From Eimeria praecox (taxonomy: Eukaryota), in the NCBI GenBank assembly GCA_963920595.1, contig OY986949.1:62001-126000 (forward strand): DNA of 64,000 nucleotides, written 5' to 3'. Below are positions 11,782 to 25,617 of this stretch, one piece after another. The first letter of the stretch is position 1. Each line of letters opens with the position of its first letter. The translations under genes were made by a program, and so were the position numbers. Below the pieces are notes generated by a model. That model was given only the letters and a program-made list of their open reading frames with translations, had not been told where the DNA came from and made no database searches.

Positions 11782-12369
11782 CTCGCTATCCACAGTGGGA
11801 CGCCCTACGCCCTTTTGTGCACGTGTGGGCGCCTTTGTCAGCTCCACATGCAACTCCCAGTCACGCACAGAGCCTTAAAGCAGCACATGCAACCTTGCCG
11901 TCTGCGCACGGTGCCTCAAATCAGATCTCAACAAGAGCGATTGTCGCTTTTGCGTGCGAGGCCTTTGTGCTACTGAAGCCAGACGCGTCGCGCATGCACG
12001 CACTAGCTAGAGGTCAAGCCAGCTATTTAAGGTTTGTATGTACGAAATGGATGGCAGAACTTGCTGCGCCTCTATAATGTTGTTGCTGGCTCCTTTCGAG
12101 GACAAAATTGGCTTGTGCCGCCTGCCTCAATGTCACTGCCGAAGCTATCCACAATGTTGGCCTGCACTGTGGCGGTCGTCAACTTTATACATTTTAAACG
12201 GTCAAAAGGCCCTTGGTGGTTGATACATCAGCTAAACAGCGAATCGAGATTCTAGCAGGAGCCCTGTGAGCATACCATACCTAGCTGCTCATCATTGCCT
12301 TTGTGTGCATTGGAGCTAACCAACCCCATATTCCTGCCCAATTAAAACTACACAACTAAAACTACACAT

Positions 12370-13610
12370 GCACAATCCCTTTCTGCGTACACCCTTTATT
12401 GAAAAAGGAATCCTGGTACACAGAGCCACAACTACGATACAAATTTGGTCTTGGGCAAGGGTAAAGCTCAGACGCCATCGCACTAGCCTGGGCGTCATTC
12501 GGCCCACCCAATGCAATGCGCACACGCTGAAGGCTTCCACGCCTTCTTTACGTGAATGCCAAAACATTTCAGCATTCCGAGTGCACGACAGTCCAGAAAA
12601 AGATGTGCTACAGACGCTTCGTTGCGGTTTCTAGTGCCGTGTTCAAGCCTGCACAACTTGTAATGCGTGTCGCGCTATCTGTGGCGAATCGATGCGCGGT
12701 GTCAACACACGGTCGCATGGAGCTGTGCAGGTCCGCACAGGCGTCTTTGCAGTTTTCATTGATCCTATGGACGGTGGAGGAAGCATAATCTCCAACCGCT
12801 AGTACTGCATCGCAAAGTAACCGGCAAACTTTAACCATTTCAAGCAAAAAAATGTGTAAGAACCCGTCCGCGCTGGCGTCGGACGCTCCAACGTTTTTGA
12901 AGCCTCGCATGTTTCATAGCCATCCCGTTAGCGCTTACGACTGGTGTAACTGACCTTGGCAATGATTAACCGACAGACCAGTGCACTCAATACCTGGCCC
13001 GCCGTGTTTGCGGTGAAGACTATTTGCTTTGCCTTCATTCCACTAGACTAAGCATTACACTCACTTGCTTTAGAAAATACGAGCATAATGAAGCTTTCGT
13101 GAGGCATGTCAGTCCACAACAGCATCCGCTGCGCTTACACAATTGCGGCTTAGCTGCTTGTTAAGCGGCACAGGAACACCTTATATCGCATGCCGCGCTG
13201 TTTGCGACGGATATGTGCACAGCGTTGAAACGTGGCCCATCAAAGCCACGCATATCCCCGTAAAAGTCTTCGCACTTTCCAGTGGCCTTTGGCAAGGGAA
13301 AGACCGTCATCTCTTCAACCGCGTCTGCTGAAACGCGGAGCGTTCGGTAAATATTAAATGCACCATCCCCGCCCACCAAAGATGATACCGTACACCCTGG
13401 CCCAAGAAAACACGCTGCTTTGTCCTGCGTATAGATCGCGCTCTGATCCCTCTAGACTGTATCCTCTGGGTGGTTCGTCTTGGCAGCTCTATAGCTGCCA
13501 AGACGAACCTACTCCTATGCAGCCCGGCCAGCGTTTTCACTATATCAAGCAATTCCAAATTACCAGCCTGCCATCCTGCATCTTACGCCTTCCAACACAC
13601 CCTTGAGGCA
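12370..13610 (+). mobile_element. Decayed integrase + chromodomain relic R3
   Basis: LRECQN, QKK, VQACTTCNACRA (HHCC-like), SA(Q/H)ASLQF, AKK, SFH*T, AVCDG, KVFALSS, HHPRPPKMIP, QDEPTPMQPG, in integrase-to-chromodomain order. Confidence 0.7.
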
Positions 13611-13769
13611 TTAACCACCATGCATCACTTGTTTGGTGGCCGAGATGGCAGTCGATCCTTCTTGGTCTGCAGATTAAAGCAGGAAGAGCGGGCTTTGAGT
13701 TGCTTCCTCGTGGCCAGATTTACACCTTCCGCACTTTCAGGCTCATTCATCAGTTCGCCCAGCTAAAGG

Positions 13770-15710
13770 GATGACTAGAGGAAGCCACAACCCAAACTAT
13801 GAAGCCTCTATTCTACCTTCTAGGACTCCCCTCCGCACTAGCCAGTGGCGTCCAACTGGAGCTGCAAGAACCTGGAGCTACACGAACGCAAAAACACTCT
13901 TCCCCGGTGTCCACATCAGGTGCAAATTCAGCAGTAGATCCACTTCCAAGCGAAAAGAACTCCGCAGGCTCATGCTGCCCATCCGTCACCCACTCAGTAT
14001 CATTTCCACAAGGGCTGAGCTTGGATACATAGGCGAACACCTATCCATGTATAGTCCGGCTCTATACAGAGCGGTCATCTCTCTCACCTGGTGCTTCGCT
14101 GTGCGCTAATGGCGCATGCATGAAAACCACTTTGTGCGCGATAAGCATGCGGCCGACTGAGCGGCGATTCTGGGGCTCGCGCTCATTCCTCAAAAGCATG
14201 GTGTTGAACGCCCCTGATGTTGGATGCACACTATTTCACTGCTCATCCTTCTTTACGCAATTGCATTACACTGACATGCAGTCGCGTATGAGTAGACAAC
14301 CAGATTATGCACATATTGGTGCACCTATAAATAGCAGAAGCAGACTACAAACCCTGAAACACTCCAGAAATCTCCTCAGCATGGAACTGGGCTTGTGGCA
14401 GCTCGGGCTAAGCAGCACGCAGCTTGCAGACGCTGATGCGGCTCCAAGCGTGCATAGCGTTGCACGACATTAATACCTGCGTAGCGCAAGCAGAGAAGCG
14501 TCAAGAGCTTCCTAGCTTCAGCAGGGGCTCCTGTGGCATCCAAAGGTTGGAGCATACCCAACGCATACGAGTTGAGCGAAATCCCACCCTTCACAAGCAT
14601 GTGAGTTTTTGAAGGCACGCCACTGACAAACGCCACGTTCGCGCCATTTTTTCTACCCCGCAGAAGCAACAATCTCTGGCGAATGGAGACTAACCTGCTG
14701 TGGATTTCGTCGTCGTGCCTGCTCCTGCTGAAGCCTCTACTAAACATGTCACTCGGAGGCCTCCTACCGACCCACAAGCACGCCTTAAGGATTAAAGGTG
14801 GACTCGTTCTACAGACTTAATATACGCAACCTCTTCATTTTAGTTAAAAATGATGCTTGCCACAGTCCAGGAATGCAAATGCTTAGCAATCGCATGGCCG
14901 CTAAACGTAGAGCTGGCCTAGCAGCGAACGGTATCATTGTGGACTGTGTCCACCATAGAAGCAATAAAGCGCAGTTATCGCGCTCAGCCTCAACTGGAAG
15001 TGATGGGGGATTAATACAGCCCTACGTAGAGAAACTGGAAGTGCTATGGAGGCTGAATATCGGATGATGGATTCACAACACACCGAGCAAGTCAGAGGCA
15101 TGTAGCGTCCGGTATACGTGTGGGGGAGAAACGGCTGGCTGTGTCGAACTGTAGCAGTAAAGCAGCCACGATTGGGCGAAACCCGTTAGCACGCAGCGCC
15201 ACGTGCGCAAACCCAAATAATCCAGAGTTCAGCTTTAGCAGTCGCTTCCCTCAACCTGACTCCTCCATACAGGCCGAGTTGAATTGACGCTTACGCAATA
15301 CCGTGCAGATCCGTTTGTATTGTGACGCCTTCTCTTGCTGTACACTTTGTGCTTAACGCTCATCAAGAAAAAAACAACGGCAGTTCCTGATTGGCTTCGC
15401 CCGTAGGAATCACGGCATAAAACATGAATGACCATAGGTTCTCCACTGTGCGCTGCTCACCTCGAGGAATCTCGTGTTAGACACCCCGCGTTTTTCGGAC
15501 AAAGCCGCGCCGCCGAACTGTCTTGAAGCCACTAGTACGTACTGCGTTGATAAAATTATGCCTTTCCCATGCCTCAACTGGCATAGATTACCTACAATGC
15601 CAGTGTACGCGAGCCTTTAAAGCCGAAGGACCCTACGAGTCCGTGAGCCCCGTGAAAGGGGTAAAGCAGAACGCACGTTTTGCGTTGGTTTGCTCGGTTG
15701 CCACCTAAGG
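13770..15710 (+). mobile_element. Decayed pol relic R4 (RT-RNase H-integrase)
   Basis: PTGAARTW, RAELGYIGEHLS, RRFWGS, PDVGCTL, QEL, QPYVEKLEVLWRL, HVASG, KKKTTA, HRFSTVRCSPR, LSHASTG, collinear with recalled pol motifs. Confidence 0.7.
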
Positions 15711-15879
15711 ATTGCCCCCGCATGTGCCATCGTATCTATAACCGGAGCCTCGGCCTACCAAAACACAGATGCCAGTGTTTTGTTGCTGGCGTGCATATTG
15801 AATATGCGTTTATTTTCACAAAGTAGCAAAGCCACATAAACGGCACCGAATGCAACAGCATCATTAGATGTTCCCATCG

Positions 15880-17600
15880 AGGTGTGCGTTATTAGGGCTG
15901 AAGGGCCAGACCCAAACAATAAGATCCGCAGCAAAAGAATTCCTGGGCCCCCTACCAACCTACACGACATCAATCTATACAAACCTGTATTACCATCTCG
16001 CCTCCTTCATAGAATCCGTCTCCAAACCTCGCAAACCCCACCACACGTAGCGTCCAGCCCCGATGCACGCCTTGTCGTCACACGCCATATTAACAGCTTC
16101 CCGAATCTCCCTCCTCCACGGCCAATTTGCACCTGCCGCTGGCATGCACCTAACAGTCCAACCGCTGAACAACACAACAAGCCATTCCATTCTGTCAACA
16201 TGGGGCCGACGCTGGATCCTGCACGGGTGCCATGACATGTTCCCGACAAGTCGAAGCAAACTGCAGGGCATTCTTCCTTAACAGACTTAAACTACCCACA
16301 ACATTTGACCATGCACGACATGAACCTGTTCTAGGCTGTGTTGTCTATGCCACCATACAACGAAACTAGGTCCTCCCCATTTTCACCTTTCATTGAGGCA
16401 CTCGCGGAGCTCCGCTCCTGCTCAGATTCACGATTTCCTCCATGCACATCCAACCAACCGCATATGCTCCCTCAGCCACTCGTCAAGGGCAACGGAGAGC
16501 TGCAGTTCATTCCAGTGTGTCCCCTCGCTCCTTTCATTGATTGTAGACTGCAAACGCAGCTGCCAGGCAGTTGTTCAAGACTCACAACCCCCCTGCGCAT
16601 ACCACATTGGCAGCGCACCCACAATGGCGGCATCGCGTATATTGCAGAAGCACACATGGTTCCTTGTGCCTTCTCAGGCTCTACATAACCGCTGACGCCT
16701 GTCACACTCTTCCATTTTGTTGCGAATTGCCCTTTGCGTATACGCTGCCCGTCCAGATGCTCGCAATGCGTACCGGCTGCGTACAAAGCCATTTTTCTTT
16801 ACTCACATCGTCCACACTGCTTTGCAATCTCCTCCTAACGCCTCTCCAGTCGTCCCCGAGTTCTCCTATCCTCATCTTGTAACAGGCCGTCGACGTATCA
16901 CGTACAAAGCGTTGACATGAATTCCAGGTACGCTTTAGTGCCCAAAAGCCTTCCCTAACACATCTGTATCCATCCTAATGAGATGCGTGGCTGCTGGGCA
17001 CCGTGGACACAAGCAACGCAACCCGCCGGCCAGTCTCTGCCATCGAGCAGCAGGCCTCCCACCACGTCGGGCACGCAGCTGAAACCTCAACCTCACATGT
17101 AGAAGGTAGGCAAAACCATCCCTAACCCTTCCCAGCCATCCAAACAGCATGGGCCTCTCTGTATCACTTCCATAAGTGCTCTACTGACTGCTCAGGGGGA
17201 CGAAAACCCGTGTATTTGAACTAGCATGCGAGCGCTGCAGACTCAGCGGCATCCATATCATCTCTTGACGTCCAACAATCAACAAATAGCAGCGCATAAG
17301 CTTCCCCAAGCACCAAAATAACACCTTCGGGAGACGTGCACAGTCTGTAGAGCCCATACCGCACATCCGTTCTCCGCAGTTTAACTGTCGGGCTGATGCA
17401 GGCGTTCATATGCGCATCGACAGTCTGTTATCTACTTTTGTGTTTGGCTCCCGGGATGCCGTACCAATATGCGAAACAGATCACGTTACTTTCGCTGCGT
17501 ACCCCCAAGGCTGTGTTAGCTCATATGCTCATGCACGTATTCTCCTTTCCGCTAGCTCTCATCCAAGTAGCTTTGCCCTTTCCATCCAACCACACAAAGC
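15880..17600 (+). mobile_element. Decayed pol relic R5 (RT thumb-RNase H-integrase core)
   Basis: IRAEGPDPNNKI, HNKPFH, MGPTLDPARVP, HDFL, VPEF, RRRITY, VAAGHRGHKQ, LLTAQGDEN, PQFNCRADAG..IDSLLSTFV resemble recalled ISAxGIKPAADKI, TTKPFE, IGAVLEQEGKP, LDFL, VTAGHRGQKK, LPLTTTGHDS, PQTDGQxER..LEQMLRTYI. Confidence 0.78.
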
Positions 17601-20600
17601 TGACTGCCGCTGTGCCTGGGCGGTCAATAAAAACACACTTTCTGATTCAACAAGCAAATTCTATCGACCTAGCCACTTCCACCTAACCTCCTGGTGTTAA
17701 AAACGCCAAGAGCCAAACCAGCTTCAGCGCATGCACTTCGTCATACAACGAAGGAGCACTCTGCACATACGTTCACAGCCTCGCGAGTTCATAATTCAAA
17801 TTCTTTCTTCGCAGAGCCACCGTCTCGCAGGCGCAAAAGGTCCTGCGTATATCATGGGCTGATGCAGTTTCCCACGCACCTCATAGCTAAGGAAAACTCA
17901 ACAAAACCTGCACCATCGCTCCCAGCCATCACTGCTGCCAGACACATGCGCAGTGCGACCCAAAAAAAAGAAGTGCATCGCCATGCAAACCAAATTATAT
18001 AAGCTGCATTTGAGCCTGGTTTGCCTACGCCTGGTCTCCTTTTCATCACCCCAGTTCCCACACACCACCAGCCGCTCTCATCCATCCAACAGTTGACACC
18101 CCTCACAACCGTCGATCCTAGCCAAACCTATCATAAGCAAACGCCCACCCCTCATTGCGTGCTACGAGAACGGGAACCTCACACATGCAATATCAGCGGC
18201 ATCTTTGCGCTGCTAACACTCCAAGTACCCACCCTACACGACACCCATTCACGCAACCAAGCAAGCCACACTGTCCCTCATCAACAGACAACCTCCTTGC
18301 TGGTGTCCAAGCCACTCACACACACTGACCACTGTTAAGAATCCGCAAGCCCTGTGCAGTTGTCCCCACAACCGTCAAGATAGTCTAACCGCAGCAAGGC
18401 AGAACTTGTCATCTCTCACTGATCGCATGCGGCCGACGCTCCATCCTGCACTGGCTTCTTGGCGCCCCTCTAAAAGAGCATGTCAATGTGCAGCGAAATC
18501 CTCCTTGTTACATACTGCAACCTCTCACAACTCTTCTGCTCGCCATCAGCGGGCTTATCCAAGCTCTGTTTGACGCCTGCCACACTGCCCTCAATGCAAC
18601 GCAGCCTAATCGTCCTCGCTTTCGCGTTCCATCACGGCGCCTCCAATGCTCACCTCCTGCTGGAGCTCAAGCATGCCTTAACGCATACCAACACTACTTT
18701 GCATGCTCCTCTCAGCCATTCCGCACCAAACCCTTGCGCTCCAGGCAGCAAGTGCCGTCAAACCGCATTAATTGCACACCCACAGGGACCAGTATAGACG
18801 CAAAGCAAACATGCAGGAGGTGCCTGATCGTAATCGTAGCACACTGCATCACCACCCACCCCTGGCACACATTTCAAGTGCATCCTCAACAACAGGCTCT
18901 GACACAATGCTTGGCCCCGCCACATGCTTCGAAAACGCACCTCATGTGCCTAACGCCATTCCCCACCACTCATAACCGTGCCGCGTTGCTTTCTCCACCC
19001 AGCCGCCCGTCAGCGGCCGCCTATCGTTCCTATGCTCATCATGTACTTCGCCAACCCCTCAATTAGCATAAAATGCTGGCCTAGCGTATGCATTTGCCCG
19101 ACTCCCAGCAAGCTACCAGTCTCCGAGCCAAACCAGCTTCAGCGCATGCACTTCGTCATACAACGAAGGAGCACTCTGCACATCCGTTCACAGCCTCGCG
19201 AGCTCATAATTCAAATTCTTTCTTCGCAGAGCCACCGTCTCGCAGGCGCAAACGGTCCTGCGTATATCATGGGCTGATGCAGTTTCCCACGCACCTCATA
19301 GCTAAGGAAAACTCCACAAAACCTGCACCATCGCTCCCAGCCATCACTGCTGCCAGACACATGCGCAGTGCGACCCAAAAAAAAGAAGTGCATCGCCATG
19401 CAAACCAAATTATATAAGCTGCATTTGAGCCTGGTTTGCCTACGCCTGGTCTCCGTTTCATCACCCCAGTTCCCACACACCACCAGCCGCTCTCATCCAT
19501 CCAACAGTTGACACCCCTCACAACCGTCGATCCTAGCCAAACCTATCATAAGCAAACGCCCACCCCTCATTGCGTGCTACGAGAACGGGCACCTCACACA
19601 TGCAATATCAGCGGCATCTTTGCGCTGCTAACACTCCAAGTACCCACCCTACACGACACCCATTCACGCAACCAAGCAAGCCACACTGTCCCTCATCAAC
19701 AGACAACCTCCTTGCTGGTGTCCAAGCCACTCACACACACTGACCACTGTTAAGAATCCGCAAGCCCTGTGCAGTTGTCCCCACAACCGTCAAGATAGTC
19801 TAACCGCAGCAAGGCAGAACTTATCATCTCTCACTGATCGCATGCGGCCGACGCTCCATCCTGCACTGGCTTCTTGGCGCCCCCCTAAAAGAGCATGTCA
19901 ATGTGCAGCGAAATCCTCCTTGTTACATACTGCAACCTCTCACAACTCTTCTGCTCGCCATCGACTTATCAAAGCCCTGTTTGACGCCTGCCACACTGCC
20001 CTCAATGCAACGCAGCCTAATCGTCCTCGCTTTCGCGTTCCATCACGGCGCCTCCAATGCTCACCCCCTGCGAGAGCTCAAGTATGCACGGTCTCGCCAC
20101 ATGCTTCGAAAAAGGAACCCCAAATGCCTAACGCAATTCCTCACCACTCATAACCATGCCGCGTTGCTTTCTCCACCCAGCCGCCCGTCAGCGGCCGCCT
20201 ATCTTTCCTATGCTCATCATGTACCTCGCCAACCCCTCAATAAGCATAAAATGCTGGCCTAGCGTATGCATCTGCCCGACTCCCAGCACGCTACCAGTCT
20301 CCATTGTGCATCCTCTGGAATAACGAACGTCTCTGCTAGGCACCGTGGACATGGGAAGCACAGGCCCCAAGCAGCCCACACATGAACGCCACAAGTAAAA
20401 GGCATTCAATATAGCTCCTTACTGCTCCTAGTCACTCAATCATCTAGGACACCCACGCCGCAATTTCATGACTGCCGCTGTGCCTGGGCGGTCAATGAAA
20501 ACACTCTTTCTGATTCATCAAGCAAATTCTATCGACCTAGCCACTTCCACCTAACCTTCTGGTGTTAAACACGCCAAGAGCCAAACCGGCTTCAGCGCAT

Positions 20601-20650
20601 GCACTTCGTCATACAACGAAGGAGCACTCTGCTGATACGTTCACTGGCTC
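17601..20650 (+). repeat. Satellite array 2: two integrase-derived units (A,B) plus partial flanks
   Basis: Unit ORF at 18021 and 19436 (period 1415). The array starts at tgactgccgctgtgcc, matching 2672. Confidence 0.95.
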
Positions 20651-20664
20651 GTGAGTTTACACTA

Positions 20665-23495
20665 CACTTTTATTTTGCGCAGGTCCAACTGCGCGGAAGT
20701 TCAAGCCGTCATATGCGTTAGCCGCGTGTGCAATTTTTGTCTCACAGTAAAGACAAGGTTCCAGCGGCAAAGGGAAAATTCGATTTCTCTCTGGCCAGCA
20801 TTGTATTCTTGCCAAACGCCCTCATCTGTCTTTGCTCTGGTAGCCTGCCAGTCTGTGTCAATATATCGGGAAAATAACTTTTTCGCCTTTGCGTTTGTAC
20901 ATGATGGTGGCAGTTAACATTTGCGTGCGAGCATTTACCTTCCCTTATCGCTGCTACCCAGATGCCGTTGTCTTCTCCCCTCAATCCCACACCAACGGTT
21001 GCTGCCTTCTCCTTGGTTCGCACGTAACTTGTCACTGGCCGCATCGACGACAAACTGTGAAACCGACGAATGCATGCATTCCAGCGTTTGCAAGCTTGGC
21101 AGTTTCTACAACCGTCTCTGCACTACCCTTGAGTCTGCTAGAGGCTGTGTGTAGGGGCCACACGAGCCAATGAGTAAGCATCGGTGTCTAACACCCAACA
21201 CGCAGCGCTGCCTTGCTTTTGTGGGGGTTCTTAAAACCCCGAAGGCACGATACGATATGCGACGCAGGAGCTTACGCGAAAAAGCTCCACATTGGCCTCG
21301 TTGTTGTAATTGCAAGCATTTGTAGGTGCTTTCAGTGCTCAGTGCGTCTCTTTTGGGCTCAATCGACATAACCCAAGAACCGCATTTGCATGTGCTTATC
21401 TGAACCCACCAAATGGCTAGGTAAACAGGAATGGCACGCGCGTGCTGGCATGCAGATATTCGCAGCGTTAGAGAGATGTACCAGCAATAGCTGCCACACT
21501 AATCACTGAAATATGCAGGTTGGCGTTGGCCGGCCGGTACACACAAACTGGGCAGTGGTGATGCGATGGCGTAAGCGGGCCGGTTTTTTGAAAACGCCAA
21601 GGCTAGCAGACATCAAAATGGCTTAGAGCTAAATGCAGCAGCTACACAAATAACGAACATACTGCATGGGGCTTCGCTGCAGTTACACTGTCGTTCTAAC
21701 CACAGCGTAAAGTACTTGTACGCCATCTGCGATCAACCTTACCACCATCACGATATTGCAATTTGTTCCGAGTCAAGCGGTTCTGTCATATGCCTCTAGT
21801 GTGCCAATCCAGCTAAGCCTTCTGATTAAAGCCAAACCATTTTTGAGCTCCTAAACAATAAACAAGCAATGCCTCATCTACAATTTAGCGCATTTCATTC
21901 GACCATCCTGCGCTGCATGGGATACCTAAACGGCATTACCTGCGTTTTTGTTGCCAGCGCCATCTGCAGAATACTCCAGCAAGTACCGAATATCTCAGTG
22001 GTTTTTTGCTTGCCCAGGGATACAAAACAAAACTTCCCCTACATCATAACTGATGATGCCGAAGCCCTCATATAAAGGTATCTGTTATCATGGAACCCTC
22101 GTGTCCAGACCTGTTCTTACTAACTGGATTCCCCGAGAGATAAGAGCAACTGCATCAATGTGGCTACGATTGGCTGATAGTCGGGGAAGGGCATATTCTT
22201 ATCCACATGTGCACTGCGGTTAATGGCGAACTCTGCGCTCCTTAACCCTTTCGTATGAATCCACATGATTCTTTTTCCAATGCGGCAGTTTGCCACCAGT
22301 TCAGCGTTGGCGTGCGAGATTATTTTTAATTGTGACGCCACAAAGATACCTACCTGAACCAAAATACATACCAAAACACGTCTGCCATGACAAATGCGTT
22401 GTTCAGAATATGCTTTACAACGCAGGCACAGCATTTCATAGTCTAGTTTCAAAGCATTGCCTAGCCGTCTTCGAGATGAACAATCCTTCCACTATGTACT
22501 TCCACTGAGTAGCTACTCCTTCTTTACAAGGGCGTGTGACTCCTACTAGCGTCTTGTACAGCCAAACAGCGCGGCATGCGCGGTGAAAACACTTCACTTG
22601 AAAGCCCAAACGCCAATCACTATGCCAGCGCTCTTTTCAAGCCTCAGATCGGGCGTGTTCGTCGTTACATACCAGAGCTTCCATCTACCTCAATTCTACT
22701 ATACCACCATGGTTTTCCTCATTGTAAACCAAACCGTAAAGCAACCAGGGTCCACACAAGTCTTGCAGCACCGATTATACGGTCGTTGATACTGTCCTGG
22801 ACGCCAATGCACTGCAGATCTCACGCCGCGCCAAGCGTTTCCAGCTTAAACTAGTGTCTTGCTCAGATATCTATAGAAGCAGTGCATTTATCTGCTCATC
22901 CAGCTTAGCCTAATGTCTTCCCTGCGCGTAGCATAACGCCGGACTCACCTTTTCGATCCACCCCAAGCCAACGAGCCCACCACACCTACAAAAAACTTGA
23001 AGCTGTGCATGCTGAACTGGCAGCCCCCAGGCCAGATAGAACCTTTCCTGTCGTGCCGTTCAAAGCAGACACTGAATATCTGAAAGGTAAATTTGGTGTG
23101 GCTATTACGACACTAGCGTTTCCAAGAACATCGGGATATGGCCTTCATGACGCGCGTGCCTACGATCACAGGAAACACGAGTGCAGCGTGCCTGAACAAC
23201 TGTGACGCCATAACATGACTCCGTTGCTGCGTGCGTGTTAATACCACACGCAGTGCCTCCTTCCCCTGGTCATCCAACCTTGCAAGCGAGCGTTTGGGTC
23301 TGGCTTGGAGCGAAATCTTAGCTAACAGCACCGCATTCTCAGCGCTTGATCCCCTAGGTCGCTTTTTTGGCGCCAAAGCATGCAGTGTAGGCGCACATTC
23401 TAAGAGGCAAATAGCGCGTCACTTCGCCGCCCCAGCAATGATATACATGGTATCCCTTGCTGTGCACATAAGTCTGGTTTGCCATGAATTGCATC
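20665..23495 (+). mobile_element. pol relic R1, copy 2
   Basis: Near-identical duplicate of 4260-7090. Confidence 0.75.
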
Positions 23496-23504
23496 ATGGC
23501 TACA

Positions 23505-23779
23505 ACAGTGCTGCGCTCTCCACTGTGTATCATACAGCCTGCACCACGCACAAGCGATAATTGCATACCGCAAGGGTTTACACTATTGTTAAAAAACAGT
23601 TACTTTGTGAGACCCTGACTGCCTTGGCAAAAAGTGCGACACGACGGCCTAAAGGGCATACTGTCGCTAAAGAGTGGATTATGGTGCGCTTTGCGACTGA
23701 ATGCCGCCTCCTTGAGTTGTGTAGTTAGGCTGTCAGCATCTACGTGCACGCACACGCACACACACAAACACACACACAC

Positions 23780-23825
<46 letters not shown>

Positions 23826-24757
23826 ACGAACAAGCACGCAGAGACACGCAGACACATCTAAACACGCAAACAAGTGAGTGTTGCGTTTCATAATCACTAT
23901 GCCGGCCCAGTGGTCGGGTCTCGGTATGAGCTGTTTGGATGTCAGGCATGTCAGGCCCTACAAAGGCAGACGCATAACTCCAAATCTGCTCAAGGCCTCA
24001 CTTCAGCCTGCCGAAAGGGCACAAAAGGGAACCGCACAATCAACGAAGATGCTTCTCCAGGATCTAGGCCAGCCACGGGTAGTACGAAAGGCTCACAAAG
24101 GAGCGGCGTGATGGAGCGGGTTCGCCCCGCTGCAGCACCGGCAGGTTTGGTCCTAAACGAAATCAGTGCACCGATGGTAGCGCTTCTGCCACCCTTCACA
24201 GAGCGGCAATATGCAGGCACTCACAGCTTTGACGCCCTACACAAAATGCCTTGACGTGGCAATGTGAACGTGTTCGTGAGGTCCCCGTGCAACGTCCCCT
24301 CTCGCCAAGCACCATTATGCGGCAGGTGCAACCTAGCCGTATGCGTGCGGCCGCTTGGGACAGTGAATGCAAACAGGCAGCAGCCTCTTTGCGTCAGCGC
24401 CTATAAGGCTCCGCTGCTACTGGGGGCCACAGGCGGTGCGTATGCACCCACAAACTGAACAGCAGCGACAGTCAAGCTATTTCAGTCCTGTCTGAATAAA
24501 GTGGACGGCAGAGCACACTCGAACTCTGCAGTGCCACCGGTTGCCACCGGTCAGAATGGCAAAAGCCGCTTGCGCCTCTCTCAACGTCATCGCCTAAGCT
24601 ATGCTCAAAGACGACACGAACAATCGTCGCCTGCAATACCACCTATGTTAGGTGTTGAATGCAACGTACCAACGCCGGTGGCGGTGCTGATTATGGATTC
24701 TGCAACGTCTCTGCTGAGAAAGGTGTTCTGGAGAGGTTAGTGGTGCTGCACAGGAGA
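23505..24757 (-). pseudogene. Kinase-like paralog K-A, copy 2
   Basis: Duplicate of 7100-8330. Confidence 0.5.
23751..23823. repeat. Interrupted (CA)n microsatellite
   Basis: CA run with cg/aa interruptions, longer than in copy 1. Confidence 0.95.
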
Positions 24758-24826
24758 AAGGGCATCATACGCTCTGCGCCAGAAGGACACGGCATTTGGC
24801 CTGGCGTGGAAATCATGCCAGTTCGT

Positions 24827-25417
24827 TTGCACACCTAGTTCTTTGAAAATTATCTGCTCTTCTGAACAACCAGGCTGGGCCGGCCCGTACCTCAAAACAA
24901 TCCCGGGCATCCATTATGGCGTAGGGAATTGCCCTGCTTTGTTAGACAGTCTTTTGCATCTTCCACAAGCTGTCTAAACCGGTATACACACACGGACGCA
25001 AACCCAACAACTTATAGGTCTTATGGGCCACCACCTTCCGGTTTTGAACTGGGTGCCTTCCAGTGCGTCGTTTGGGCGAATACCGCATTCGTATTCTGCG
25101 CACCATCCCAAGCTAGCTCTGACAGCAACGTACCTGGAGAAAACAAAGCCTACAGCACCCGCATATCTCCATCTTTATACTCCAAAAGTACCCTATGAAA
25201 CAGCAGGTTCACCGTTGCTGAACGACATCCAACGTCGTTGTTGAAGACACCCAGACAACCTGCCTCACAAACTATGTTCTTTCTTGAGAGCACCTACTGG
25301 TAGTGCCACAGCATGTGCCAAATTAGGTGTCTAGCCTTCGGCTAGGCCGCAACCAACCAGCTGCAAGAGTCTATCATATATCTATGTATTTGCGTGGGGG
25401 CTGGAAGGCAAAAGCGC
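24827..25417 (+). mobile_element. Integrase/chromodomain relic R2, copy 2
   Basis: Duplicate of 8400-8990. Confidence 0.65.
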
Positions 25418-25617
25418 TTTTTGTCAAAGCCCTCAGCTCAATCTCCTCATTTCAGTGCTTCTGCAAGCGTCTGAAATACCGCATGGGACGCTGCACGATA
25501 AGCAGCACTCACCATGGCACACGCTTTGTGCCTTGGCTTGATGCGACGCCGCGGCACACAGCATCGCATCCCTGACACCTGGTGCCTAAGGACTTCCAGT
25601 TGTTCTCGACGCAAACG

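Larger units (their letters stand above)
10691..12190 (-). pseudogene. Decayed kinase-like paralog K-C
   Basis: Minus-strand [56 protein letters not shown] (~11448), (TG)n-AG, then DSLTTQLKEAAF. Interrupted by (TA)n. Confidence 0.5.
4246..17600. repeat. Macro-repeat body, copy 1 (~13.4 kb)
   Basis: The whole ORF set recurs at about +16.4 kb and +37.0 kb (e.g. 4246/20651/41255; 17396/33813/54438), differing only by scattered SNPs and microsatellite lengths. Confidence 0.98.

Noticed and set aside
7100..12190. Tandem SAG surface-antigen genes
   Set aside because: No coherent SAG cysteine pattern, signal peptide or GPI signal; the motif order fits a kinase fold better.
13799..14032. ORF with a signal-peptide-like start (MKPLFYLLGLPSALA)
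   Set aside because: It is only 77 aa, and an overlapping frame carries RT remnants (PTGAARTW, RAELGYIG), so it is probably incidental.
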